Positions 39,076-52,812 of a DNA stretch of 64,000 nucleotides are shown here, in pieces. A model generated the notes under the pieces. That model ran no database searches. It was given only the letters and a program-made list of their open reading frames with translations, and had not been told where the DNA came from. The DNA comes from Epiperipatus broadwayi (Eukaryota; Animalia; Onychophora): contig JAQFVV010000002.1 in the NCBI GenBank assembly GCA_028023455.1, positions 10,354,001 through 10,418,000 on the forward strand, read 5' to 3'. Each line of letters begins with the position of its first letter. The stretch's first letter is position 1. The position numbers and the translations under genes are program-made.

Positions 39076-40060
39076 TATTGGATGAGTAGGTATTAGATAG
39101 GGATTTTATGCACAAGCCTTCTGACATTCATTGATTACTCTGGTTGGCACAGGCTGGCAATATTGTATGGAGAGTTTTGCTTTGTTTATAAATAATTATG
39201 TGCTAGTATAAGATAATGATCATGTGATGCTTAATTGTTTAATTGTAAAATATCCTAGAGAGAGAACATTTGTGAGATAGTTGGATGAAATAAAAAAAAT
39301 TATTGATATGATGTGGAGAAGATTATGGATTTGTGAAAAATGGTTTGAATTTGGAATGAACCTCATCATACGGTGAGTTGATATTAACTGAAAATGATGA
39401 TGGTCATTGAAAAAAATTTGGTTCACATGATAAAGTAAGATTTATGATGAAAATGAAAAATATTTTGTGTATTGGAATTGTTAGATAGTTTTTAAAGGGG
39501 GAAAAAGAAAATAAATTTATTTATTAGTAATAGTAGAGAGTCTATGCTTCAGTTTTGTACAATAAATTTGAAAAAAAAAACCCCAGCCATATATACAACT
39601 AATGTAGTTTAAATAAATTTATTATTGATTACATCAGAACTGAAAATCAATATTCAAAGCTACTTTTTACTTAAAAAGCTATCAAAGCTTTTAAACTAAT
39701 CGGCATTGTCAAGCTGATAAACCTCGAAATCGAGAGTTATTGATGTTGATCTCTGAATTTCTTAGCACAGAAAGTGAAAATAGATTAAATAAGAAATCTT
39801 GGAATCAGTTATCAGAGTAATGAAAAATAATTTGACAAACTTATAATGAGAAATAAGAAAATTTCTGCTTGTATATCATTACATTTAAGGGACAGTTCCT
39901 TGTATTAAATGATGCAATCTTACCTATAGATATATGGTGATTTTTTTTAGTTTAATTGTTAAATGTCTTATTTCATTTCTCTGAATATATTTATTCATTA
40001 GTCATAACATATAGGTTAGTATATAATACAATGATTGAAATGGAATTATTTTCTTCATAC

Positions 40061-40090
40061 CAGTACTGTCACTGACCAGGCTAATAATCT
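40061..40090 (-). CDS. Candidate 30-nt micro-exon
   Basis: Acceptor ctctctttttcag, donor CTG|GTATGA; two frames open; could be chance. Confidence 0.15.
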
Positions 40091-41449
40091 CTGAAAAAGA
40101 GAGCAGAGTAATACCATTCAAATATTGTGTTATATGTTAATCTACATGTTTTTACTAATAAACAGGGACAAAGGATCCATGTATTGAATGGGATGAGTGC
40201 TTCATATAAAAATTCACTAAAACTTTCAAAAGCTTTAATTAAAATTCAATTTTAAAAAATTCTCTTTCAATTTTTTTACTAACAGTTGAACTGTTTTTAT
40301 ATATGAAAAAAAATGAGTTTGACCAATGCATTATTGATTGATTATAAGAAGTTCAAACAATTATAAAATCTAATTTACAGAACTTAAGAATGTTAAAAGA
40401 ATTTGGAAGATAAAAATATATTGATAATTTATTCTCTGATTTACAGATAATAAAGTTTCAAATTTTTCTAGATATGTATAATATGTATATATTAGGCACT
40501 ATTAGATAAAAATTGTTGTGGCATATGAAATAAAAACATTATTAAAAAGATTATATAGGGTACTTCCATTCCTAAAAAAAAGTCATGCTTCATTACTGCT
40601 AACAATTGAATGTATTTGGAAAAGTATGAATAACGCTTGAATGTTTTTTTTTAATGTTTGTTATCATTATTTTGATTTAAATATTAAATTGTTTTATTTT
40701 ATTTATAATTTTAACACATTAAGAGTTTATAATATGTCAATAAAAACCCCATAGTATGTGAAATAATATTTTTTAATTTATGTTCTCCTCAAATCACATG
40801 TGCTTGCAGATACTGCCTTTTGATGTGATAGATACACAACTCAAAGCATGTTACTAGAGAACCCTTTGTCTTGAACTTATATAATAATATATACAAAAAG
40901 AATTAGATTTTTATATCTTACAACATCTATATCAAATTTAGTCTAAGTATTTTATTATGCAGTAAATTTTATGAATAACTAAAAAGTTTTTCTTTGCATA
41001 ATAAAATAAAAGTGCCATCAAAGAGGTAATTTCACAGAAATTTAGACACTAATATGAGCACCAATGTAAAGAACTTAATTTGACAGTTGTGATAAAGTAT
41101 ATTTTGTGTTTGCCTGAAACTTTGTTAAGATGGCATTTTAGTTGTATATTGTATGTTGAACTATTTCCACCATTTAATATTAAAAAATAAATGTCTTTAA
41201 AAAAAATTAACTTTATTTAATTGAAAAATTTAAATAAAGTTAAATTTTTCTAAAGACATTCAGTATTTAATGTTAGATGATGAAAATATTCCAACATATA
41301 AATACAAATTATATTTTGTATCTTTGTAAACTAAAACTGACATATTAAATAAGAATTATTCATAATCACTTTAACATGTCAGTAATTAAAAAAGTATGTG
41401 AAGTTTAATGTATTAGCCTTTCTGACAACCCTATAATTCCAAACAGATT

Positions 41450-44400
41450 GAACAAAAAAAATCCAATAATGAACTGACACCAATAGTAGAGGCAATGGAT
41501 AATATTACACCAGTTTCACATTCCTGGCTGAATACTACATGAGAGAATAGATGGAAAATACCTAAGAAAATGAAAAAGATGAAGTTATGAATAGCAAAGC
41601 TTTTTCCAGTAAAAACTTTCTATAAAAATATAAATCTTTAATCATATCATAAAAATAATAATACTGTTTTGGATGTGATTAATCCAATGGAATTCACACA
41701 AATAAAGCAAAAAGATAAAAACAAGCATGTGAATAAAAGAACAAACTTCAATATTTACTATTGAATATAATATAAAATTTACAGACTTCTGTTCCATCAA
41801 AACAAATAATGAAACTAACAAATCTAAAGAAATAATGAAATTAACAAGCCTAAACATACTTCTTTTGGTAAGCTAAATGATTACTGGCATAAAATATTGG
41901 CAAACAGTTTTACAACTGCCACATCAATCATTAGTGTTGTAAAAAATTATGATCCATTTGACAATCATACAATACTACCTTACCTTTTTTTATTTTAATA
42001 TTTAGAAGAGTATAACACAAACATGCCATGCTTAAAACAAATCCACATCTATATTCTACACAAGATTATTTATAGGATTACAATCCTTCATCAAAAGAAC
42101 AACCAGAAGAGGCAGAAAACACTATTAAGCATCTAAATTTAAAAAATATATACTATATTACAAAAGGTCCAAATTCATTCATACACAGTCATACTATGCA
42201 TGCTCTTTGATTTATGCAAGAAGTTCTACAAAAAATATAGCAAATGTAGTTCAAGTAATAAATATATCATAGAAACTTATAAATATAGAATTTGAAATTC
42301 CCATTAACTCTTGAAAGATCACATAAAAAATAAACAGGATCACTTACTAGATGAACTGCCTCATTGTATTTTTATGCATTTAATTCTTATCATTGTTAAT
42401 ATCAAAGATCAGATGCTTCAGACTTGGTCACTTCACTTTTGATGCAGTGCTAGAACTTGTAATAGTTGTTGAAAAATAGATAAGTTAGGATAATTATGCA
42501 ATAATGTGCATAAACCTATTTCATGGGCTAATATTCTGTCCACTTTAGATAAAATTTATCACATAAACAATAACACTTCTCCAGCATTGCAATCTACAGA
42601 TACCATTTTGAACTTAATGAAACACAAACTATTCAAGCATACTACTCTATTGGCCCTTTGACATATATAGCACTTGAAGATAACAACTTAGGATAATTCC
42701 AAAATTCACTTATTGATATTGAGTTACATCTAACTTTGGTCCAGAATTGCAGTGACATAATGAATTATCTTTATACTTCAAGATATTGTATATATTAAAA
42801 AAAATTCAAAATTAAGAATAAAGCCCATTTCTGAAACACTTTGATAAAATTACATCTTTTACCTATGAAAGTAGCAAGAGAGCTAAGTTACCTGACTCTG
42901 GTATCAAAACATGTAAGCAAAAAGCATTGCTTCAATATTTCAAAACCATGACAATTCTAACATTAAACTTATATAATAGAATCTCACAGCTAAAATAATC
43001 ACCATGGTGATATCTTTGTCATTACAGACACAAATTTATTTGTCAAGCAAACCAATTATTTCTAAAATTCTAAATAAGCCCAATATAAGATCAGCATAAA
43101 GCATTGGTGTTAGTAAATACATAATTTCTACAAACAAGATTAAACATAATATTCCTATCACATATCTTTCAATCACAACAGTATAATCTTATAGAAATAT
43201 ATTTATGTCAAAAAGTCAAAGACATAATGAATACTCTTTTCATTACCTAGGAAAATATTTTGCATAATCCTGGCATAACTGTGTGGTGACTTTAACTATT
43301 ATTATAATGAACTACCATCTATTTTGAAACTAAAGCTCAATCAACTTGTCTTACTACCTCTATTTTCTCTTTATCCTCCAAATGTTGTATTGTTTATTGA
43401 AGGTTAATGATCTCTCATTAAACTCTTTTTAGTATCACCCACCAACCTCAAAACTTCAATTCATCAGTCTAGCATATTTTCTGAATATGCTTGCATAATG
43501 CACACAAAGCACAACTCAAAATAAAATACAGTCTATTCAAGTGTCAGTTTTCTAGTAAGTTTAATTTAATTATTGATGATCTCTCAGTCATAGTAATTGC
43601 TAGTAATTATTTTTATTCAGTTGCAGAAACTCTTCAATAAATGCTTAAACAATTGTTTTACTCAATTAAATAATCTTGTAAAACAATGAATTCTTTAAAC
43701 TATAACTCAATTTAATAATGCAAAACCCTGTTCATAAACAACAAAATGAAGCAAATCATCTAACTGTTATTTATAACCAAAATGCTATGATCTTTGGGCT
43801 TAGAAAAATAATCCAAATCTTTCAAAGTTATTAAGAACAACTGTACATCATACAAAATCAGGTCTACCTTATTTCTTTGTTATTCTCATGATATTATAAT
43901 ATTATTGAAAGGTAATGCCTCCATATCAGATGCAATATGGACTGGATTTCTTAACTTGAAATCATTGTCAGTTTTCTATTTATCATAATACAGAATTTTC
44001 TCAAAATAATTATATTTCAAAGTAACAAATTCTTGAAGAAATTACACACTTATGTTTACATACTACATTAATAGTTTTTCTTATCCCAACTAACATTTAG
44101 TACAAATATCTAAATTATATTATTATTCCTTACGTTATATAATTGTTATAAGTATCTCTGTTCAAATAAATATTACATACCTAACCTTTCCATGATATTT
44201 TGCATTAGAAAAACATCAGATGTTTTATATCCCTCAATAAATAACTTGTACTTCATGACCTGAGAGGCTATTGATCAAACATATTTACAAGAAATTTTCT
44301 GAAAAAACTAAATGATAGCATTCTTCTGAAGCTTTCCTCTTCAATCGGCACAATTAAAAATTGCCACAAGCTAAACTTTTAACACAAGAATTAATATTAT

Positions 44401-45950
44401 TTACAAAAGAAAACAAATTAACAAAATGTATCATATGCCAAGTTGACTTCAAGACAACTTTCATTTTGGTAAACTAGGAATATTTGTTTAGTGCATTAAT
44501 AAATTTTCTGCTAAGTCATAAGCATTTTACTGCCATAAAAACTTATTTTATCAATAGAACTGTTAAACTTAAAATTTTTATGCATCTCTCTTTACTTTTT
44601 AACACTAGCCATGATATTCCATAGGGCTTTCCACTTACATTGTTATCATTTGCAATATATTTAGATACTATGGTCAAAGTAATTGGGTAATGCATAGAAG
44701 GTCTCTTCCGTTCTCATCTGAGAACAACTATTAAAATAATATTAATGATTAATGATATTTTAATAATCTTTAGAGATCTTCATAGCATTCTTCCTATCCT
44801 TCATATTTTGAATGAATTCCAAATGTTAACAGGATCTACAATAAGGTTTGTAAATCATCCATGTGGCAGTTATATACATATTGTAAACTATTATTATTCT
44901 TCATAGAACATGTTAATTCTTTCTCGAAATTATTGTCAATATATCCCAGACATAATTAAATTATTACTAGAACTATCACATTCTTAGAAAGTTCAGTATG
45001 AAATTAAATGCTTTCTGATTAAAAATGGCTTATTCTATAATAAATTTTTATATTCTCAATGCTATTCTTGAGATATTCTTGCTTTTTATATAACATGGGT
45101 GATCTTTTCAAAAGCACCATTATGAATCTCATTTCTATAATAATATCATACTTCTGTGAGTCATCTTAATACTATCAATTAGAATTGTTTGTTTTTCTAT
45201 TTGTAAAGAGAATTTTAATATATGGCCTCAATTATTTATCTCCTACATTAGAGCAAAATTATACATTATAATCTTAGTTAGTCCAATCCTATGCCTTCCC
45301 AACCAACATCAAAGCTCACTTTGCTTTTGTATATAAGTCATTCATATTTATTTTTCTCTGATTGTGATATAGAGCAAGCAAGTATATTGGACTAATGCAA
45401 TATCAAATGTTTTGTTAGTTTCTCATTTAAAGTGTTTTTAAAAATTATATATCCTAATAGACATCTATGGTCAACTTTTCCAATTTCCAAAATATTATTT
45501 ACATTCAAAATGTGTTCTTCAGTCATAGCTGGAAAGCTCTGTATAATTTTCTACTAGTTACAATTCCTATTAAAACTTTCATCATCAAAAAATTTATAAT
45601 AAATCTTAATACCACTTATGTCATTTGATTGTAATAGTTGAGATTATGAAATATAATGTTCTGAAGAAGATTTCTGGGGCAATCGAAACTGTAAACTGTA
45701 GAAAAGGATGGAAAATAAAGCATTGTAAAAGTAGTAAAATGTTTGGACAATTGAGAATTATATGGTATGTCATATGTAATAATTATCCAAAAATATGCCA
45801 GTCATCTTTTAATAATGTCCATATTTCTCATCAATATGCTTTTCAAAACTTCATAAGTGTTTAATAAATCTCAAATAATTGCTCAAGAAAAATTATTTAA
45901 TCTTTTCAATGCCACTGTAATTATTCAGACTTTTATAACCATTTGGCTTG
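41450..45950 (+). mobile_element. Heavily decayed I/Jockey-group LINE (ORF1 zinc-knuckle relics, APE, RT)
   Basis: RCFRLGH at ~42410; MTILTLN at 42948 and DIFVITDT (APE N-terminus); CGDFN at 43282-43296; RT-like relics at ~45200-45450. Many stops; boundaries approximate. Confidence 0.55.
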
Positions 45951-48605
45951 CTTGCTGTTTTATAATATTTGGTAATAAGAAATACATAAAGAGTGGTTTA
46001 ATACATAGTAAATACTTTCAAAATCTTGCCTAAGAACTATAAACAAAATTTGGCAGCACAATATTTTTCTGAGTTGTACATTATTTCAGCATTAATTCAT
46101 AATGTTATTAGTATCCAAAGCAAGCTTGATTTATGATACAATTATATATAAGTGTTTACATGAAATGTGATTTCTTCAAAGTCAAGTTATTCTTTAACTG
46201 CCTTGAAGCACCACTTGTATTACCAGTAATTTCATATGTAGTGTTATCATATGTTGTGTATTTCCTACTAATAAAGTTTAACTTGTAAAAAAAAAAATTA
46301 TTTAAGAAAAGCATTTGTATAATTTAGCAGAGGTTTTATTCTTAGAGTTGTTAAAGTTTTATAATTTTAATCATAGCGTAATAAAATTATTACCATACTG
46401 TACCAGAAAAAATCTGATAGAGGTTCAATAGAAAGATAATATCAAGTCTTTAAAATCTATCCCTATTTGAATGATTATTTTCCCATAAAAATAAATCTGC
46501 GTCTCATAGACAAAATGTGTGCATAAAAACATTGATATTATGCAGATGGAATTTAGCTAATGTTTCTATACTTAAAGTAGCTATTTCAAACATTCACATT
46601 TTTTGAGTAGGTAAAACACATTTTTCTTGCACTTATGGCCAAATACATAAGAGAAATCTAAATTAAAGTGGAATAAGAATTAATAAAAGTTTTAGTGAGG
46701 CTAATCCATCTAACAAGTTAAATACTATTAATTATTATAAAATTTGAAAACTACTTCTAATAACAAATGCACCAGTGGTCTTATTGGCCATTGAAAATAT
46801 AAAAACATAGCTCATATTATTCGTTGGTAGATCTTGTTTCCCTATAACTGAATTTTATATTTATTTGTGTAAACAGTTTTGGTGTGATTTATATTATATA
46901 AATCATAGTCATTTTTATCCATAGGATCATCATAGTTTTATTTACAAACACATATCAACAGGAGAAAAATGTTGCTTATTCAAACGACTTCATCATTTAG
47001 TTTATTCAAATGACTTCATCGTTTAAGTTTATTTTTATTTAATTTAGTGTTTTATTACTGTCTTTATAAAGAAAAAAGTTTTAAATATTTAACAATCCAC
47101 AGATAAACCAAATTAACTGGCTAATTCTACACAACCATACATATATTTAACAATTTGAAATGCTTGTGTTTAAAATTGCTCCACAAACACTTTGGCAATG
47201 ACACAAATTTATAAGTTTAATTTCCGTAACAAATTGCATATTAATTCTATTTTTTAATCAAAACTTTTACAATATAAAGTTCTTTATAATATATCTCTGT
47301 TTATTTATATACACAATCTCAAATGATATAAATATTTTTTAAATGTTTTCTTAAAAGCCATATGTTCACCACACTTCAGAAGTTTATTGACTTAATGATC
47401 ATTATCGAGGTATCTTATTCAGAAAACTCTTGCTTCCTTCTAAAAGAAAATCTCTTTCAAATTATCCTTAATGACAGACAAATCTCTCTTAACTTTGAAA
47501 TTTATTTTCAAATGTGTATTTTGATTTTTTCATGACAAATACCATCCAACAATTATTTCAATTTAGTTGTACGATTTTATGACCTTCTTAAATCTTAATC
47601 ATTTAAAAACATAACTATACTATTATTTTAAACAAATATATTTCATTTTTATGACTTTGTTTGAATTTGGTGATTTTTTTTTTTTTTTAAAAAAAAACTT
47701 CATTAATCTTTAAATTAATAGATGTTTTTTGTTTGCTTAAACAAATGGCTTTAATTATATATTTTCACTTTAAGATTATTACCATCAAAAGTGTTAAATT
47801 ATTATCACAAGTCACAACATTTATTTACATAAAACAAATGTATGTTGTACAAATTTGTAGCAATATTTAGCATCCATTACATTTTCTGTATTTTTTATTT
47901 ACTGCAAATCTTTATCACACTACAGCAGATTCGAGAATCAAAGTTATCTGGATCAAAGTTCAATCTGTCATTTCTGCTGCTCCAATGTTACATGATCTTT
48001 TGAACAACAAACCATTTGATTATTCTATATTATAAAAGTAAAATTATCATGAAATTGTGAATAATTCTGATATGATTACACTAATAATTATTTTAATCCA
48101 TATAGGTATGTACACTATATTTGATTGGCATCCTTAATCCATCATTGCATGTATGCCTCAAACAAAAATCTGCAGTAATGAATATAATATGATATTTTGA
48201 TATAATTAAAAGTAGCAGTAAACAATGGTAAAGCTCATGTCTTTTAAAGAAAAATTGAGAAAATTTATAATTTTATCAGGGCATTTTAATAAAAATACAA
48301 TAATAGAATAATTAGAGACATCAAATGTTCTTTTATGTTGTCCAAAACCATGTCTATAAGATAAAAACACAATTTGTTTAGACTTTTCAACTTCTTGTTT
48401 GTCTGAAGAGGTGTGGTGAATGGCGATGGCATTTTAATATTAATTATTTGTTGGACTATTTCCCACGTTTACTATTAAGAACTGAATGTCTTTAGAAAAA
48501 AATTGGACTTTATATTTAAACTTGACTTCTTATTTAGATTGGCTTTTTTAGTTTTATCTCTTGCAAAAGTTGAGAAAATAAAAATAAAAAATCAGTGGGA
48601 CCACC

Positions 48606-48619
48606 GTATCTATAGTAAC
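48606..48619. promoter_or_regulatory. RFX X-box consensus match GTATCTATAGTAAC in a CpG-retaining region
   Basis: Exact fit to GTHNYY-AT-RRNAAC; CpGs cluster at ~48420-49000. Confidence 0.3.
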
Positions 48620-49338
48620 AGTGCCTATTATGAGTTTTCAAAATAATAAACAAAATAAAAATTTGTAAACAAACCATAATTTTCTATTTCACATTAAAAC
48701 CGTTTGGAGGCTCATTTTATATACTTGAAATTATAGTAATCAATTATTATTTGTAAAAAAAAAAAAAATGTATTCACTTATTTTAATATATAAATATAAT
48801 TAAAGAGCTTAGGTACAATACTTTTTTTTTCTAACTTCCACAATGATTTTAAAAACTCATTAGTATTGTTTTCTTTTAATTTTGTTTAATCTTTTGGTAG
48901 ACGCTTACTTTTTATAGTAGATTCTTACTTTTTTTAAAAAAAAAAAAAAGATTGCAAATCTTAAGAATTAGACTGTGGGGAAGGGGGGTGGGAATATTCG
49001 CGTCAAATTTAGTTGATACAGACAATAAGATGTCTTCCAACACTTGTTTTAATTTTTAGTAGCAGTCTATTGAGCAGTCTGTTTAATACATTAAATTTAT
49101 TTCATGTTTAGTTTCAACATATATGTGTTCAAGTGTATCAGTGTTATGAGATAGTGTGGAGAGTGGTGGGTCATGTGACAGTCTGTGCTGATATACTCTA
49201 TTAGCTTTTGACTAAATCAGTCAGCTACAAGTAAAAGATAAATAAATCATTAACAAATATTTACATATAAAAAAAAGTATTTTTGAAAGATTTTTGTGTT
49301 ATTGTAAATATAAAAGTATTCAATATTTTTTTATTAAT

Positions 49339-49404
49339 TAGCTGCTTTCCAAGCAGTTGGCCCGGGTTCGCTGCCCGGTCCGTTGACATATGAAAAAAAA
49401 AAAA
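49339..49404 (+). mobile_element. tRNA-Gly(TCC)-derived SINE, 5'-truncated, poly(A)
   Basis: AGCTGCTTTCCAAGCAGTTGGCCCGGGTTCG closely matches the tRNA-Gly-TCC anticodon-to-T arm. Confidence 0.75.
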
Positions 49405-50924
49405 TTAAAAATGTGTAAAGTGTTTTAATTTTTAAATTTTAATGTATTATAGCTATATATATATATATTTCTTTTTTCTTTTTCATTTGTATTTGCAATA
49501 AATTAAATTAACAAAATGTTTTTAATGTCCATAGAATTTATTACATATATGGCAGTCTCTGAAAAGAGTGATTTATTGTTCTCATACTCTCATGTTAGGA
49601 AACAAATATATAATGACTATTGTATGGGACATGAGGGAAAATACAATTGAATACGATTTATTAAATTATACTAATAGTCAGAATTGGTACTAATTGTACA
49701 TAGCTCGTTAAACCCATTATTATTTAAAACTAAAAGGGAAATCATCCATGAATATATGCATTTATATTAGATTTACATCAAGGTGCCATCTTGAATATTA
49801 GGAATACTCATGGGAAGGTTTTGAACTCATTTCTGTACTATCACCACTTAACCATGACTAGCTCTGTTGAATAAAAGAAATACTGTCTCATTGTCTACCA
49901 TGTATTGATTCTGTCAAAAAAAACTATTATAAACAATCTATCTATCACATGAAAAAATGTTTGCTAATTTGAATGGTGAAAAATTAAGAGAAAAAAAATG
50001 GTGGCTAAATTAATAAATAACAAAACAAACATTTTTTACACAATAATAACATGCATTGGCTAATTATAGTTCTATAAACATTTAAACATGTATTTTGGTT
50101 AATGTATTACTATTAACAATAATACAAAATAAAACTTAACATCTATTTGAATTTTAGATAATATAAAATTAAAATAAAAACAGGCAAATTATTAAAATTC
50201 TTTTGTTGAATGTCTTTTATTCAGCTCAACATTTTTTTTTTATCTTCTTTTGATTCTTCTTTATTTTGTCAATTTGGTATTATGATGTTTATCCCTATAG
50301 ATTTAGTTCTCTTTTCCAATCTTCTTTAGTTTGCTTTACTATAGAAGTAAACACATCAAGTTTCTTTCAATATGTATAACATGTTCTTCAATTGGAAAAT
50401 GCCTCCATTTGAAAAATCTTCAGAAAATTAAATATATCATGCAGGATGAACCCTACTTGACAATGGAGGTTAAGTTTGCTCATATTTCAGGCTTTTTATC
50501 TTTCTCTCTGGATAACTAATTAGAAATACATTGTGTCTGAACTAACAAACACACATTCAAGAATTTAACAATGCATCTTTGTTATAATTGTAATCCATTG
50601 CACAGAGTATATCAAAGCAGAATCTGGAATTTTCCTGATGTTCGAAATTCATCAGACAAACGTCACAAATGTTGTTTTTATGCAGACTATAAGTCTGAGT
50701 GAAAGGAACAAATAATGCAAGATAATATAAAATTATTTACTGGCTATTTTATAAGTAAATGTAGTCACTGCCTAGAGAATGTCTGCCCCAGCTTTACCTT
50801 ATATTATTTTTTCAATTAGCATTATTAATTAAAGAAAATAAACTACCTAATACACTTTAAATTTTGATCCATAAATGACTTAATCTGATTATGTTTCTTT
50901 AGATAACAATCTTATTCAAAAAGT

Positions 50925-51014
50925 TTTTTTTTTCCATATGCCATAGCACCGGCCAGGAGGCGAACCCACAACCGTCTGCAACCAACTACTTGCTTGCAAG
51001 ACAGCTGCAATGAC
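50925..51014 (-). mobile_element. tRNA-Gly-derived SINE, diverged copy
   Basis: Minus strand: gctgtcttgcaagc..ggttcgcctcctggccggtgc-tatggcatatgg-A(n). Confidence 0.65.
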
Positions 51015-51649
51015 AACGCTTTGCTTAATGTTTTCATTATACTTTCAAATAAAATTATATAATATTTCATAAAATGAATGAATAAATCTTTTTCTTTTTA
51101 AATTATACCTTGAACTCAGAGAAAATATGAGAAACTATTATTTCAATCATTTTTAAAGAAAAAAATATTTTTCTTGTTTTTCCTTTCTTTTTTACAAATA
51201 AAACATTTTCTATAAATAAAAAAATTATTTTTAATCATTTATCTCATTTAATTAAAAGCAAGAAAATATACAAGCAATTATTTTCCAAGTTAGTTTGTGT
51301 AATGTTTTTTTAATCCTATTATTTTATAATCATCTCTTTTAAAATAAAAAACTAATGTAACAATTCTTTTGTTTCCTTCTCTTTTTTTGTTTTTAACATT
51401 TTATTGTTTTAAACTAACTATTTGCATTAGCCACTCTCTCTTTATTCTACTCATGTAGCTCATATTTTAGTGATGATTACATTGCCCTATTATTGGGTTA
51501 GGAATAAAATGAATCAATTCAGACTTTTGACATTGATTGATTTCATTTCTATAATAAACTTTATTATTAGTATTTTTTTTTTTTTTATACATAACTTTAC
51601 AACAAGAGAGATTCAAGTAAAGAAGGTACCAAGTTCAAAATCACTTCTC

Positions 51650-52690
51650 ATAATCCATAAGTAAATAGACTAACTGTCAACTAAACCATTTTTACTTCCA
51701 CAGAGCATGTCACAACTACATCACAAGGCAAATAATACATACTGTGGTAGTTAACAAAGGACCCTTGATTTGGATAGCTTTTTTTACAAATGTCAGAAAA
51801 CTCTATTGAACATCTGTTTTGAATTATAATTATTATTTTTCTGGGAATTTTTTACCACCAGCTAATCTGCTGTTAGCCCAGAATATCTCTCAACTGATGT
51901 TTTAGGTAGGATGTTATTCAAAAGACTATTCCTGCAGTTCAGCCATCTCCTTTAGAGAAAAATCTTAATTATACAAATATTTCAATTTACAATTAGTTTG
52001 CATTCATTCCATAAATCTTGCACACTACAACTCACAACTCCATATACTTTCTTCATTGAATTAGGAATAAAAACCTAGTCTTTGAAAAATATATTTTTCT
52101 TATTCTTATTCAGAAACTTTTCTATTTTAGAAATGAATCTTTTTTTGAAAAGTCAAAGCAATGTCATCAGCATAGTTGAATTTCCTGCCTTTTCTATCTG
52201 GAAGATTACTGATGGATATATTAAATAAAATAATGAACTGAGTCTTGTGGTAGTCTGTTCTATAAAATTTGTATCAATTATGATGATCATTTAATGTCAC
52301 TTGAATTTGTCTATCAAAGAGCATTTTGACAAATAAATTAATGGTTTTCCTATATTAAGAATTTTAAAAACATTTACAAGAAGATCAAATTAGATCAATA
52401 ATGATAGGTTTTTTTTATATTTTGAAATTCTTTTTCAATGTAAGTTGATAAAATTTGACACAATAATTTCTTCCTGCCTAAAAGTAATCTGCTCTATAGA
52501 ATTCTGACTCTCAACTACAGATTAATTCTTGTTAATATGATTCTTTGAAACAATTCATAGAGAGCACATAATAATGATATTGAATGATAACTTTTTGGAT
52601 CATTACTGGTTTTGTTTTATTTTAAGACCACAATAGTCTTGTTTGTATGCCAAATTTTTGGAATATTTTCTGTATGAATAGTGTTAACAC
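51650..52690 (-). mobile_element. Decayed non-LTR RT fragment (I/Ingi-like)
   Basis: Minus strand LFDRQIQVTLN..LPQDSV..LFNISISNLP..RKFNYADDIAL; YADD at 52163-52174. Confidence 0.75.
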
Positions 52691-52812
52691 AGAGGCAAAA
52701 CTCTCTAAACAGTATCATCATTCAGTGCAAGTCAGAGTAATCAATGGATGCAGGAATATTTGTGCATAAAATCCCTATCTAGTGCCTACTCATCTAATAC
52801 CACCAGGCTAGT
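52690..52812. mobile_element. Family-A partial copy
   Basis: aggcaaaactctc..agagtaatcaatggatgc..gtgcataaaatccctatctagtgcctactcatc. Confidence 0.8.

Larger units (their letters stand above)
38604..39190. repeat. 587-bp fold-back of a family-A element (288-bp arms, 11-nt loop)
   Basis: 38604-38891 is the reverse complement of 38903-39190; about 9 mismatches counted by eye; the family-A sequence continues on the right to ~39229. Confidence 0.95.
37740..39420 (+). mobile_element. Decayed RTE LINE (RT and 3' end) interrupted by the family-A hairpin
   Basis: LHDDPKKINNENDV*QGDFISKIF (~37910) resembles KGVRQGD.ISPKLF; HLNFADNVVVF (~38060) resembles HLRFADD; RTE-like 3' sequence resumes at ~39235-39420. 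Confidence 0.7.

Noticed and set aside
50560-50700. Cys-rich short frames on both strands (CDVC; CYNC) as a PHD or zinc-finger exon
   Set aside because: Short, stop-bounded, no convincing splice sites or full motif spacing.
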